DNA from: Natronohydrobacter sp.
GTDB taxonomy: Bacteria; Pseudomonadota; Alphaproteobacteria; Rhodobacterales; Rhodobacteraceae
Direction of reading: 5' to 3'
DNA: 34,274 nt
Assembly (NCBI GenBank): GCA_007117255.1
Contig: SKGU01000011.1
Coordinates: forward strand, 1 to 34,274
Part shown: positions 16,334 to 26,499 of the stretch, piece after piece
How the letters are laid out: each line of letters starts with the position of its first letter
Position numbering within the stretch: the stretch's first letter is position 1
Notes under the pieces: model-generated
Databases searched by the model: none
Told to the model about the DNA's origin: nothing
What the model saw: the letters and a program-made list of their open reading frames with translations, nothing else
Position numbers and translations under genes: made by a program

Positions 16334-17421
16334 GCATGCGCACGACCCCCAACCCTGAAACAGCCGCGCCCGCCCTTGTCGCGCGTGTAAGCGTGATCGC
16401 GCGCCCTTTGCGGCAGGGTTTGTGGGGCTTGGGGGTCATGGCGCTGGTGCTGTCCATCTCGGCTGCGGTCAGTATCGGGGCCGTCGCGATCCCGCTGGGC
16501 ACGGTCTGGGGGGTGATCCTTGACCGGCTTGCGCCTGGTGTGGTCGTTGTGGACTGGTCCGCTGGTCGCGCCGCAATCGTCTGGGATATCCGCTTGCCGC
16601 GCGCGCTTCTCGCCGCGCTTGTGGGTGCCGGTCTGGCCTTGGTGGGCGCAGTTCTGCAATCGGTCACGCGCAACCCATTGGCTGATCCGCATCTTTTGGG
16701 CATCTCATCAGGTGCGGCTTTTGGCGCGATCCTCGCCCTCATGCACACAGGCATGTTTCTAGGGCTGGCAACGGTGCCGCTGCTGGCTTTCATCGGCGCG
16801 CTTTGCTCGACCCTGCTGGTGTTGGCAGTGGCCAGTTTCGCACAGGCCACTAGCGCGGACCGGCTGGTACTGACCGGGGTGGCGGTGTCCTTCATCGTCA
16901 TGGCACTTGCCAATGTGCTGATCTTTCTGGGCGATCCGCGCGCCGCGCATACAGTTATTTTCTGGATGCTGGGGGGCTTGGGCCTTGCGCAATGGGCGCA
17001 TCTGATCTGGCCTGCAATCATCCTGACGGGGGCTGCGCTCTATTTCCGTGCAGTCGCAGGTTCCCTCAACGCGATGACCGTCGGGGATGAGACCGCCTCG
17101 ACCCTTGGCATTCCCATTGCCCGCTTCCGGCTGACGGTTTTCGTTGTGGCCGCCCTGGTGACGGGCGTCATGGTCGCGTTTTCCGGGGTGATCGGCTTTG
17201 TCGGGTTGATGATCCCGCATATCGTGCGCATGATCGTGGGCGGCGACAATACCCGCGTGCTACCTGCCTCGATGCTGGCAGGGGCGGTGTTTCTGGTCTG
17301 GGCCGATATCGTCGCGCGCACCATCAAACGCCCCGAAGACCTGCCCATAGGTATTGTCACGGGACTTGTAGGTGGGTTGTTCTTCGTCTGGCTGCTTCGG
17401 CGGCGGCGCATGACAGGCTGA
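16330..17421 (+). CDS. FecCD/BtuC-family ABC transporter permease
   Basis: IRLPRALLAALVGAGLA, RNPLADPHLLGISSGA, GDETASTLG, IGFVGLMIPH and LPIGIVT motifs. Confidence 0.95.
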   Translation: MSMRTTPNPETAAPALVARVSVIARPLRQGLWGLGVMALVLSISAAVSIGAVAIPLGTVWGVILDRLAPGVVVVDWSAGRAAIVWDIRLPRALLAALVGAGLALVGAVLQSVTRNPLADPHLLGISSGAAFGAILALMHTGMFLGLATVPLLAFIGALCSTLLVLAVASFAQATSADRLVLTGVAVSFIVMALANVLIFLGDPRAAHTVIFWMLGGLGLAQWAHLIWPAIILTGAALYFRAVAGSLNAMTVGDETASTLGIPIARFRLTVFVVAALVTGVMVAFSGVIGFVGLMIPHIVRMIVGGDNTRVLPASMLAGAVFLVWADIVARTIKRPEDLPIGIVTGLVGGLFFVWLLRRRRMTG

Positions 17422-17427
17422 TCTGCG

Positions 17428-18165
17428 CTATGCCTGACGCCTTAACAAGTAGGTGTCCATGATCCAGCCATGGCGCGCACGGGCCTTTTCGCGCGTAGCG
17501 GTGATCCGGGGCGCTGCGTCGGCCAAGGGGCCGCTGACCAGAACCTGCTCGGTCATGCCCAGATACGCCCCCCACCAGATATGCAACCCCTCGGGCGCAA
17601 GCCGAGTGAAGCTGCAGTCACCATCGAGCATCACCACCACAGTCTCGGCTCCGTCAGGCCAGCCATGATCGCGCAGCCGCCTGCCGGTCGTGACCGTGAC
17701 CGCGCCATTGATCGTGTTAAAGGGGATCGCATGGGCCGCTGTCAGGGCCTGCAGCGCCGTGATGCCGGGGATCACGCGCAGGCGCGGCGCAGGTTGCAGC
17801 CGGGCGGCAATGCGCAGGGTCGAATCGTAAAGCCCCGGATCGCCCCAGACCAATAGCGCGACCGTGCCGCTGACAGCCTCGCAGGCGATGATCGCGGCCC
17901 AGCGCGCGGCAATCGCGTCATGCCAGCGCGCGACGCGCTCTGCATAGGGCAAGGACTCATCTCGCACCGGCATATCGAACTCGATTACCCGCGCCTGGCT
18001 ATCGCAGGCGGTCAGGATATGGTGGCGTAAATCAGCCAGATCCTCCTTTCCCGCCCCTTTACGCGGCACCAGCACAAGGCTGGCTTTGCGCAGTTCGGCA
18101 CGCGCCTGCTGGGTCACATGGTCGGGATTTCCCGTCCCGATGCCGATCAAGCACAGGTCAATCAT
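17428..18165 (-). CDS. cobF: Precorrin-6A synthase (deacetylating)
   Basis: LIGIGTGNPDHVT, LVWGDPGLYDSTLR, PGITALQALTAAH, IWWGAYLG and HGWIMDTYLLRR CobF signatures. Confidence 0.95.
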   Translation of the reverse strand: MIDLCLIGIGTGNPDHVTQQARAELRKASLVLVPRKGAGKEDLADLRHHILTACDSQARVIEFDMPVRDESLPYAERVARWHDAIAARWAAIIACEAVSGTVALLVWGDPGLYDSTLRIAARLQPAPRLRVIPGITALQALTAAHAIPFNTINGAVTVTTGRRLRDHGWPDGAETVVVMLDGDCSFTRLAPEGLHIWWGAYLGMTEQVLVSGPLADAAPRITATREKARARHGWIMDTYLLRRQA

Positions 18166-18886
18166 CAGAACCCTCGGCCAGAGGACCGTAGAAAATCAGT
18201 GCAGGCTTGGTCCCGATATCCTGCGCCAGTTGCGCTGCCAGCCTCGCCACGGTGCTGCGTGTCAGGCATTGATCTGGCGTGCCCACCGCTTCAGCAAGCA
18301 TCGCAGGTGTATCTTGCGGCAAACCATGGTCGATCAGCACCTTTGCCAGCGCAGGAAAGCTGCGCTTGCCCATAAAGACCACCGTGCAGGCCAAAGGATC
18401 GGCCAGCGCGGGCAAATTCAGGTCCGGCGGCAACTGGCCCGACGTATCGGCCCCGGTCACGAATTGCACGCGCCGCGCAGTCAGCCGCCGGGTCAGGGGG
18501 ATACCTGCCGCCGCCGCAGCCGCCAGCGGCGATGGGATGCCCGGTACGATCTCGAAAGGCAGGCCAGCTTCACGCAGAGCGGTCAGCTCTTCTTCCAGCC
18601 GCCCGAACACCCCGCCATCACCCGCTTTCAACCGCACTACGCGTCCGCCCTCACTTGCATAATCAACCAGCAGGCGGCTGACATGGTCTTGCTTCGGCGA
18701 AGGCCGACCAGCTCGCTTGCCGACCGCCACCAGGTCCGCACCGGCGCGCGCAAAGGCAAGGATCGGGCCAGAGGCCAGATCATCAAATAGGACTGCATCT
18801 GCGCGTTTGAGCCGGTCCAGCGCCCGCACGGTCAGCAATTCCGGGTCTCCCGGCCCTGCCCCCAGAAAACTTACGAACCCGCTCAT
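18158..18886 (-). CDS. cobA: Uroporphyrinogen-III C-methyltransferase
   Basis: GAGPGDPELLTVRA, ADAVLFDDL, VGKRAG and VVRLKAGD..FGR..EE. Start at 18886 overlaps the cobB stop. Confidence 0.93.
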   Translation of the reverse strand: MSGFVSFLGAGPGDPELLTVRALDRLKRADAVLFDDLASGPILAFARAGADLVAVGKRAGRPSPKQDHVSRLLVDYASEGGRVVRLKAGDGGVFGRLEEELTALREAGLPFEIVPGIPSPLAAAAAAGIPLTRRLTARRVQFVTGADTSGQLPPDLNLPALADPLACTVVFMGKRSFPALAKVLIDHGLPQDTPAMLAEAVGTPDQCLTRSTVARLAAQLAQDIGTKPALIFYGPLAEGSDD

Positions 18887-20202
18887 GGCGCCTCTGCCGC
18901 GATCAGATGGAAGAACGTACCTGTCACAAATCCGCGACGTGACCCGGTCTCTGGCACAGTCGTGCCATCGGCATCGGCCACGCACGCAAGCGGCGTGTCG
19001 GGTTGTTCCAGAATGGTTGAGTAATGGAACTCATGCCCGCGTAAACAAGCCCCCGCGACATGACCGGGCATCGCATTTTCCAGCACTGCACGCCTGTAGC
19101 CCAGATGCAGCTTGCGCGTCTCATAGCTTGTGACCAGCCCCAAGAGCCCAGCCATCGCATGGCGCAAACCGTTCTTGTCCACGAGTCCTGCGCCCAGCAC
19201 CATATACCCGCCGCATTCGCCATGCACTGGACGGGTCTGCGCATGGGCGCGCAGCCCGGACATGAAGCGATCGGCGCTGGCAATACGCCCGGCATGCAAT
19301 TCCGGGTAGCCCCCCGGCAGCCAGACCAGATCAGCATTCGGATCGGGGGCCTCATCTGCCAAAGGAGAGAATGGCATGATCTCGGCCCCTGCCTGCTGCC
19401 AGCCGGTCAGCACATGCGGATAGGTGAAGGAAAACGCCGCATCCTGTGCCAGTGCAATACGCTGCGCAGGTGGCCGGGGCAACGCGCCTGCCCCAACCGC
19501 CGCAGCGTTTCTCACAAGCGCCCGCAGCGCCACCAAATCCACATGCGCGCGTAGAAAGGCAGCGTAGCCTGCAATCGCGGCCTCCAGATCGGCGTGTTCG
19601 ACCGACTGAATCAGCCCCAGATGCCGCTCAGGCAAGGTCAGATCGCCGCGCCGGGGCAATGCGCCCAGCACCGGCAGGCCCGCACGCTCCATCCCCAGCC
19701 GCGTCAGCCGTTCATGCCGGGGACTGGCCACGCGGTTCAGGATAACCCCCGCCACGCGGCAGCCGGGGTCATAGCGCGCAAAGCCCAAAGCAGTAGCAGC
19801 GGCGGATTGCGCCTGTCCGCCGACATCGAGCACCAGCACCACGGGCCAACCCATCCTTGCTGCTGTCTCGGCAGACGCGCCGAAGCCCGACAGCCCGCGC
19901 GTGGCCACACCGTCGAACAAGCCCATCGAACCTTCGGCCACACAGATATCCGCGCCCTTGGCTTGCGACGCAATCGCGCCAAACAATTCCGGCCCCATCG
20001 CCCATGTGTCCAGATTGAACGAGGCCCGCCCACAAGCCGCGCGGTGAAAGGCAGGGTCAATATAATCTGGACCGGATTTAAACGGCTGCACTGCCAACCC
20101 ATCTTCGGCCAGCGCACGCAAGAGGCCCAGCATCACCGTGGTCTTGCCGGTGCCAGAGGCGGGGGCAGAGATCATCAGACCGGGGGGGCAAGATTCAGTC
20201 AT
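18883..20202 (-). CDS. cobB: Hydrogenobyrinic/cobyrinic acid a,c-diamide synthase
   Basis: [44 protein letters not shown] and GHEFHYS. Confidence 0.96.
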   Translation of the reverse strand: MTESCPPGLMISAPASGTGKTTVMLGLLRALAEDGLAVQPFKSGPDYIDPAFHRAACGRASFNLDTWAMGPELFGAIASQAKGADICVAEGSMGLFDGVATRGLSGFGASAETAARMGWPVVLVLDVGGQAQSAAATALGFARYDPGCRVAGVILNRVASPRHERLTRLGMERAGLPVLGALPRRGDLTLPERHLGLIQSVEHADLEAAIAGYAAFLRAHVDLVALRALVRNAAAVGAGALPRPPAQRIALAQDAAFSFTYPHVLTGWQQAGAEIMPFSPLADEAPDPNADLVWLPGGYPELHAGRIASADRFMSGLRAHAQTRPVHGECGGYMVLGAGLVDKNGLRHAMAGLLGLVTSYETRKLHLGYRRAVLENAMPGHVAGACLRGHEFHYSTILEQPDTPLACVADADGTTVPETGSRRGFVTGTFFHLIAAEAP

Positions 20203-20989
20203 CGCGCTCACTCCATTCCGACCATGGGCTGTCTGCACTTTGGGGCCGGTAGCGGCGGTCGTAATCGGAAGCATAGAGGCAGCTTTCATCGAACCCTTCT
20301 GCAGCGAGGGCTGGGCCGATCAGGATCAGCGCGGTGCGCGCAATGGCATCGGGCAAGGCCGCCTCAATCGTGGAGAGGGTCGCCCGGATGATGCGCTGAT
20401 CAGGCCAGCTTGCACGCCAGACAATCGCCACCGGGCAGTCGGGGCCGTAATGCGGGATGGTCTCTGCGACCACGCGGGGCAGGTTCTGGATCGACAGATG
20501 CAAGGCCAGCGTCGCGCCGGTGGCGGCGAAGTTGGCCAGCGTTTCCTGCGCGGGCATGGCACTGGCGCGCCCCGATGTGCGCGTCAACACCACCGATTGC
20601 GCAAGACCCGGCAGCGTCAGTTCCGTCCCCAAGGCTGCGGCGGCAGCCGCGAAGGACGGCACACCGGGCGTGACAGTATGGGGGATGTCCAGCGCGCGCA
20701 GACGACGAAGCTGTTCGCCCATCGCCGACCAGAGCGACAAGTCCCCAGAATGCAGCCGCGCGATGTCATGACCTGCGGCATGGGCAGCAGTGATCTCGGC
20801 CATGATCGCATCCAGATCAAGCGGTGCGGTGTTCACGATCCGCGCGCCGGGCGGGCAATGCGCGAGCACCGCTTGCGGCACAAGTGACCCGGCATAGAGG
20901 CAGACCGGACAGGCCGCGATCAGATCACGCCCGCGCAGGGTCAGCAGATCGGCTGCGCCGGGGCCAGCGCCGATGAAATGCACCGTCAT
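20195..20989 (-). CDS. cobM: Precorrin-4 C11-methyltransferase
   Basis: [35 protein letters not shown] and [13 protein letters not shown]. Confidence 0.96.
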   Translation of the reverse strand: MTVHFIGAGPGAADLLTLRGRDLIAACPVCLYAGSLVPQAVLAHCPPGARIVNTAPLDLDAIMAEITAAHAAGHDIARLHSGDLSLWSAMGEQLRRLRALDIPHTVTPGVPSFAAAAAALGTELTLPGLAQSVVLTRTSGRASAMPAQETLANFAATGATLALHLSIQNLPRVVAETIPHYGPDCPVAIVWRASWPDQRIIRATLSTIEAALPDAIARTALILIGPALAAEGFDESCLYASDYDRRYRPQSADSPWSEWSERDD

Positions 20990-21342
20990 AGGTTTGGTCC
21001 TTCTGCCAGCGCGCATGTCGCGCAGCCATCATCAGATATCACACGCGGCCCAAGCAATCGCGCACCGTGCCCGGCAGCAGCAAGCGCTGCAGCTTCCGCA
21101 AGCGAGCCTGTATCGCGTGTCGCCAATGACGCAGTTGATTGCGTTAGCGTTCGCTGCGCACGGATCGCTTCAGGTCCAACGCCAATCACGCGCTGCCCGG
21201 CAGCGAAGCGCCGAAACACCGCAGCCTCGGCCTTGTCCTGCGCTGTCGCCAGACACACTGCCTGCCCGCCTGCGCGCGCAAAGGCCGAAGCGAGGCTTTC
21301 GACACGCGCATCGGCGCGAAACCCGAAGCCCGCCACGATCAC
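20986..21342 (-). CDS. cobE: CobE/CbiG C-terminal-domain protein
   Basis: GTG start overlapping the cobL stop. IVAGFGFR...[31 protein letters not shown]. Confidence 0.88.
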   Translation of the reverse strand: MIVAGFGFRADARVESLASAFARAGGQAVCLATAQDKAEAAVFRRFAAGQRVIGVGPEAIRAQRTLTQSTASLATRDTGSLAEAAALAAAGHGARLLGPRVISDDGCATCALAEGPNL

Positions 21343-22523
21343 AACACACCTGCCCATTGCACGATTGGCCGTGCAGACACCCAGCCGCGCAACCGTCCCA
21401 AGGGTTCCGCCTGTGCAATCTCGACCCGCATCAGGTTGCCACCTTTTCGTGCGGCCCAATCGACAAGCAGCGCTTCGGATTCGAGCGTAACTGCATGGGC
21501 AACCATGCGTGTGCCAGTCATGGGGGTGAGCATGTCCAGAAGCGCCGCCGACAAGCCGCCGCCGATGAACACCGCATTCGGGTTCGGCAGAGCGGCCAGC
21601 GCGTCGGGCGCGTGGCCCTCCATGACATCGATGGGCACCCCGAAACGCGCAACATTCTCACGGATGATCGCCAGCCGGTCAGCGCGCGGCTCGACGCAGA
21701 TCGCGCGCAGGGACGGATGTGACAGGCACCATTCGACCGAGATCGAACCAGAGCCGCCGCCAATATCCCACAACAGCTCACCCGCGCGCGGGGATAGTGC
21801 AGATAACGCAAGGGCACGGATCGGGCGTTTGGTGATCTGCCCGTCATGGGCGAACAAATCATCCTCCCGCCCAGAAACCTGTGTGAAAGGCACGCCATCG
21901 CCTGCAATCTCCAGTCCTACCGCGACCGGATGCTGTACATCATCCAGCATGAAGGATTCGGCATGTGCCACCCGCAGGCGTTCCTTCGGACCGCCCATTG
22001 CCTCGAAGATATGCAGTCGGCTTTGAGCAAACCCTTGCCCGGCCAGCCAACGTGCCAACGACGCCACTGCCGTACCGTCACGCAAGAGCACTATCGCCCG
22101 CGCACCCATGACCAGATGCGGGCGCAACTGCGCAAACGGGGCTGCATGCAGGCCCAGACAGGGCGTTCGCTCCAAGGGCCAGCCCAAACGCGCCGCAACC
22201 AGCGAGAAGGTCGAGGGCGCAGGTAAGGCCGTCCATTCGTCTGGCCCCAGCGCCTGCGCAATCACACTGCCAGTGCCAAACCAGAACGGATCGCCCGAAA
22301 CCAGCACCGCAACCCGCTGCCCACGCAGAGATTGCAGAACTGGCAGCCCGTCCGCAAAAGGCACAGGCCAAACGATCTGCTGCGCCTCAAGCACCGGCAA
22401 CAGCCCCAGATGCCGCGCAGGCCCCATAACCACCTGCGCCGCTTTCAGCGCCGCAAGGCTTGCAGGCGGCAGGCTCTCCGGTCCATCATGCATCCCGATG
22501 ATCGTGACCCAAGGCTCAGACAT
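21339..22523 (-). CDS. cobL: Precorrin-6Y C5,15-methyltransferase (decarboxylating), CbiE-CbiT fusion
   Basis: PWVTIIG, SGDPFWFG, HDGQITKRPIRALALSAL, LWDIGGGSGSISVEW and AVFIGGG. Confidence 0.95.
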   Translation of the reverse strand: MSEPWVTIIGMHDGPESLPPASLAALKAAQVVMGPARHLGLLPVLEAQQIVWPVPFADGLPVLQSLRGQRVAVLVSGDPFWFGTGSVIAQALGPDEWTALPAPSTFSLVAARLGWPLERTPCLGLHAAPFAQLRPHLVMGARAIVLLRDGTAVASLARWLAGQGFAQSRLHIFEAMGGPKERLRVAHAESFMLDDVQHPVAVGLEIAGDGVPFTQVSGREDDLFAHDGQITKRPIRALALSALSPRAGELLWDIGGGSGSISVEWCLSHPSLRAICVEPRADRLAIIRENVARFGVPIDVMEGHAPDALAALPNPNAVFIGGGLSAALLDMLTPMTGTRMVAHAVTLESEALLVDWAARKGGNLMRVEIAQAEPLGRLRGWVSARPIVQWAGVL

Positions 22524-23277
22524 GCGAAAACGCCTTCTCATCCTTGGCGGCACCACCGAAGCCCGTGCCTTGGGCAAAGCCGTGGCAGAGGCCGGGATTG
22601 ACGGCGTACTCTCGCTGGCCGGTCGCGTCGAACGCCCCCTGCGCCAGCCCCTTCCACAACGCGTAGGCGGCTTTGGTGGGATCAAAGGACTGCGCAGCTA
22701 TCTGCACACCGAGCAGATCACCCATGTGATCGACGCCACGCATCCGTTCGCCGCTCAGATGAGCCGCAACGCTTTGGCTGCTTGCAGCGCCGAGTCCCTG
22801 CCCTATCTGGCCCTGACCCGCGCGCCATGGAGTGCGCAGTCGGAAGATAATTGGCATCAAGTGCCCGATATCGCGGGTGCAGTTGCTGCACTTGCAGGCC
22901 GCGCGCGCCGCGTGATGCTGGCCATCGGGCGGCAGAATCTGCTCGCTTTTGCGGCCCAGCCGCAGCATTTCTACCTTTTGCGGCTGGTAGACCCACCCGA
23001 GGCCCCGCTGCCCTTGCCGCAGACGCATGTGATCATCGATCGCGGCCCATTCACCCCTGAAAGCGACCGTGCGCTGATGGAGGCGCACAGGATTGATCTG
23101 ATCGTGTCGAAAAACGCTGGCGGAACCGGGGCTTCGGCGAAACTGACAGCGGCCCGCGCGCTGCGCCTGCCAGTGATCATGATCGACCGCCCTGCCCTGC
23201 CTGCGCGGGCGGAGGTACATGACGTAACAGGCGTGCTGGACTGGCTGGATCATGCGGACACCCCGCGCGGCGTGTAG
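22522..23277 (+). CDS. cobK: Precorrin-6A/6x reductase
   Basis: LLILGGTTEARAL, SLAGRV, RVGGFGG, IDATHPFAAQMS, RGPF, VSKNAGG and VIMIDRP. Lies antisense within the cob cluster. Confidence 0.95.
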   Translation: MRKRLLILGGTTEARALGKAVAEAGIDGVLSLAGRVERPLRQPLPQRVGGFGGIKGLRSYLHTEQITHVIDATHPFAAQMSRNALAACSAESLPYLALTRAPWSAQSEDNWHQVPDIAGAVAALAGRARRVMLAIGRQNLLAFAAQPQHFYLLRLVDPPEAPLPLPQTHVIIDRGPFTPESDRALMEAHRIDLIVSKNAGGTGASAKLTAARALRLPVIMIDRPALPARAEVHDVTGVLDWLDHADTPRGV

Positions 23278-23996
23278 ACAAGATCAGTGCCTGGGATTTG
23301 CCGCGTTTGTGACGACCCCACAATCACCACGGTGCGCATATCCGCCATTTCGGGGCGCGCTTCAGTCAACGGTACGATGGTCAACGCTTCCTCTGGCGTA
23401 GAGACAGCGCGGGCAAAGAGGATCAGCCGCGCCGGTTCGCATGTCTCGCGCAGGATCTTCAGCACGCGGCCAAATCCTTCGGGACGGGCCAGTGAGCGGG
23501 GGTTGTAGAAGGCCAGCGCGAAATCGGCCTCGACGGCGAGCCGCAGGCGCTTTTCGATCAACGCCCAGGGCTTCAGGTTGTCACTGAGATTGATCGCGCA
23601 GAAATCATGCCCCAAGGGCGCACCTGCCCGCGCTGCGGCCGCCAGCATCGCCGTGATGCCGGGCAGCACCCGGATATCCAGCCCGCGCCACGCTTCTGGC
23701 CCGCTTTCCAATGCTTCGAACAGGGCGGAGGCCATAGCGAACACCCCCGGATCGCCCGAACTGACCACAACCACGCGCGCCCCAGCCTGCGCCATATTCA
23801 GGGCATGTCTGGCGCGGTCCAGCTCGACGCGGTTATCGCTTTCATGCAGCGTCAGACCCAGGCGCGGGGCGACACGGCGCACATAGGGGATGTAGCCCAC
23901 GATATCCGTGGCCTCTGCCACTGCGGCTGTCACTTCGGGCGTAATCAGACTGTCAGCCCCCGGCCCAAGGCCCGCCACCACGACCCAACCGCTCAT
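23250..23996 (-). CDS. cobJ: Precorrin-3B C17-methyltransferase
   Basis: GLGPG, SDNRVELDRA, VSSGDPGVFAMA, GAPLGHDFCAINLSDNLKPW, FYNPRS and YTPR. Confidence 0.96.
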   Translation of the reverse strand: MSGWVVVAGLGPGADSLITPEVTAAVAEATDIVGYIPYVRRVAPRLGLTLHESDNRVELDRARHALNMAQAGARVVVVSSGDPGVFAMASALFEALESGPEAWRGLDIRVLPGITAMLAAAARAGAPLGHDFCAINLSDNLKPWALIEKRLRLAVEADFALAFYNPRSLARPEGFGRVLKILRETCEPARLILFARAVSTPEEALTIVPLTEARPEMADMRTVVIVGSSQTRQIPGTDLVYTPRGVSA

Positions 23997-24733
23997 GGTC
24001 GCCGCCCCTGCCCATGGATCAGTGCTATGGTGAAATAGGGCATGCGGCCTTCTTCAGCCTCGCTCAGCCGCATGACCTGCTCGCCCGACTGGCTGGCATA
24101 TTGCACCAGCCATGTCTGACCTGCCCGCCCGGCTTGCACCAGCGCGCGGCGCAGTTTGGGCATATTGGTGCCGATCTTCATCACCACAACAGCATCCGAG
24201 CCTGAAATGCGCTGCACCAGTTCTTCTTCAGGCAAAGTCGCAGGCAGCACAGTCAGCACATCATCGCCCCATGTGATCGGCTGATCCGTCGCAGTCCAGG
24301 CCGCAGACATGCCGGTGATCGCAGGCACGACCCTGACCGGCACGCGACCTGTCAAGCGGCTGTGCAGATGCATGAAAGAGCCGTAGAAGAAAGGATCGCC
24401 CTCGCAGAGAACCACCACATCCGCACCGCTCCGGGCAAGCGCGGCCAAATGATCGCTGACGCGTTCGTAAAACGCGGAAAGCGTGGCGTTATAGGCCGGA
24501 TCGCTTACAGGGATTTCCGTCGTCACCGGGTATTCCATCGGGTATTCCACCACATCGACATGCAATCGTCCCTCAACGATCTGGCGCGCATGGCCCTTGC
24601 GTCCGGCCTTGCGGAAATAGGCAACATGGTTTGCGCTGCGCAACAGCCGGTCAGCACGCAGGGTCATCAGATCGGGATCGCCCGGCCCCAGCCCCACCCC
24701 CCAGATGGTGCCACAATTTACAGGCGCGTTCAT
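23993..24733 (-). CDS. cobI: Precorrin-2 C20-methyltransferase
   Basis: GVGLGPGDPDLMT, MEYPVTTE, LCEGDPFFYGSFMHL, VVMKIG and PYF. Start at 24733 overlaps the cobH stop. Confidence 0.95.
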   Translation of the reverse strand: MNAPVNCGTIWGVGLGPGDPDLMTLRADRLLRSANHVAYFRKAGRKGHARQIVEGRLHVDVVEYPMEYPVTTEIPVSDPAYNATLSAFYERVSDHLAALARSGADVVVLCEGDPFFYGSFMHLHSRLTGRVPVRVVPAITGMSAAWTATDQPITWGDDVLTVLPATLPEEELVQRISGSDAVVVMKIGTNMPKLRRALVQAGRAGQTWLVQYASQSGEQVMRLSEAEEGRMPYFTIALIHGQGRRP

Positions 24734-25359
24734 TCGGCGGCACTCGCGATGGCATTGACGGCGGCAACCGTGACCGCACTGCCGCCCAGACGGCCGCGCA
24801 CAATCACGCAGGGCGCGGGCTGGTCGGCCCAGAGTGCCGCTTTGGATTCCGCCGCACCAATGAAACCCACAGGGCAACCGATGATCGCCGCTGGACGCGG
24901 GCAGTTCGGGTCCTGCAGCATGTTCAGCAAGTGAAAAAGCGCTGTAGGCGCATTTCCGATGGCAACGACCGCACCGGCAAGATGCGGTCGCCACAACTCC
25001 AGCGCCGCAGCCGAACGCGTGGTCTGCATCTGTGCGGCAAGTGCGGGTGTCTCGGGCGCGTTCAGCGTGCAGATCACGGCATTATCGGCAGGCAGGCGCT
25101 TGCGCGTGATCCCCTCCGACACCATACGCGCGTCACACAGGATCGGGGCACCCAAGCGCAAAGCCGCTTCTGCTGCCACCACCATGCCGGGCGAGAAATG
25201 AACATGCGCTTCCAGACCCACCAGACCGGCGGCATGGATCATACGCACTGTGACGCGCTCTTCTTCGGGGGTGAAGCGCGCGAGATCGGCCTCGGCGCGG
25301 ATCGTCGCGAAGCTGTCGCGATAAATGGCAGCGCCATCAGTCTCATAAACATAGGGCAT
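24730..25359 (-). CDS. cobH: Precorrin-8X methylmutase
   Basis: IYRDSFATIRAEADL, RMIHAAG, TTRSAAA, IGNAPTALF, PVGFIGAAESK and GGSAVTVAAVNA. Confidence 0.96.
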   Translation of the reverse strand: MPYVYETDGAAIYRDSFATIRAEADLARFTPEEERVTVRMIHAAGLVGLEAHVHFSPGMVVAAEAALRLGAPILCDARMVSEGITRKRLPADNAVICTLNAPETPALAAQMQTTRSAAALELWRPHLAGAVVAIGNAPTALFHLLNMLQDPNCPRPAAIIGCPVGFIGAAESKAALWADQPAPCVIVRGRLGGSAVTVAAVNAIASAAE

Positions 25360-25362
25360 GGA

Positions 25363-26499
25363 TCAGCGCCTTATCACAAGTGAAATTGTTTCCGGGACAA
25401 GGCCAGTCAGCGCGGGCTTGTCCCATGGCGCGCCGTCCCGGACAATATCGAAGCACCCAGCGCGCCCCACAAGTGTCAGCACCTCTGGGCCAGGATGCGC
25501 GCAGCCCTTGGAACAGCCAGAGACATGCAGCCCACCCCCTACCAGCGGCGCGAGCTTTGCAGCCAGTACGCGAGTTTCAACAGTGGCCTGCGCACAGCCC
25601 GGTGCGCCCGTGCAGGCGCGGACATTCAGGCGCGGGTCGCGCGGATCGATGATCGCATCGAGCGAAAGGTCGGGCGCTGGACCATCCAGCGCAATCATTC
25701 GCCACGGGGTTGTCAGAAGCGCTCTTTGAGTGTGAGCCAGTGCGCGCAGATCGCGGGCGGCAAGCTGGCCAAACGCGCCTGCGACCAAAGTGAGGGGGCC
25801 ATGCGCGCCGGGCGTCATTGCAGGCGCTTCAGTCATGGGTTGCTCTGTGCCCTGAAACCGCACGGGCAAGAGCGTGCTGGTCAGATGACGTCTTAGCCGC
25901 CCACGCCCATCTGGCCCCACACCGCCAGAGGTGAGGAACCAGCGCGCCAGATCCAGCGCCAGCGGGACCGCCTGTTCCCGCGCCACGGCCAGGCCCAAGT
26001 CCTGCCCATCGGCGCGCAGGATCAGACCACTTTCCGCCCCTTCCAGCCGGATATCCCCGCTAATCCGGGCCAATCGCCGTTCAGGCCCCATGTCGAGCAC
26101 GAAGCCGAACTTGCCCGGCAGGGATAGGAATTCTGCGGCGCGCAGCCCCTCAATCAGCGCCGCAGTGAGATCAGAGTCCTGCGCATGACGGAAAGGATCA
26201 AGGATCACATTGCGCCGCGCCTCAAACACCGGATCTTCATCCAGCAGCCCAAGCGCCCCCAGCCCCGCCACCATCGCTGCATGATCCGAGACACCCCGGA
26301 TTTGCAGATTGGCGCGGCTGGTCAGTTCCAGAAACCCGGTCCCGAAGGTTTCGGCCAGATCGGCCAGCCCCAGCGCCTGCACAGGCGTCAGCCGCCCCAA
26401 GGGTGGGCGCACACGCACAACCAGACCGTCTGCGGCCATCATGGGACGATACGCACCGGGACACCATCCCTTGATCTCTGGGCGCGCGGCCTCAGTCAT
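25363..26499 (-). CDS. cobG: Precorrin-3B synthase (Fe-S monooxygenase)
   Basis: [50 protein letters not shown] and [10 protein letters not shown] (nitrite/sulfite reductase-like Fe-S motifs). Confidence 0.92.
   Translation of the reverse strand: MTEAARPEIKGWCPGAYRPMMAADGLVVRVRPPLGRLTPVQALGLADLAETFGTGFLELTSRANLQIRGVSDHAAMVAGLGALGLLDEDPVFEARRNVILDPFRHAQDSDLTAALIEGLRAAEFLSLPGKFGFVLDMGPERRLARISGDIRLEGAESGLILRADGQDLGLAVAREQAVPLALDLARWFLTSGGVGPDGRGRLRRHLTSTLLPVRFQGTEQPMTEAPAMTPGAHGPLTLVAGAFGQLAARDLRALAHTQRALLTTPWRMIALDGPAPDLSLDAIIDPRDPRLNVRACTGAPGCAQATVETRVLAAKLAPLVGGGLHVSGCSKGCAHPGPEVLTLVGRAGCFDIVRDGAPWDKPALTGLVPETISLVIRR

Noticed and set aside
22108-22685. Long N-terminal extensions of cobK and cobL (similarly cobI, cobG, cobA, cobB, cobQ and the PruR-like gene) in the ORF track
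   Set aside because: Family similarity begins at downstream starts that mostly show RBSs or stop/start overlaps. The extensions come from longest-ORF calling.
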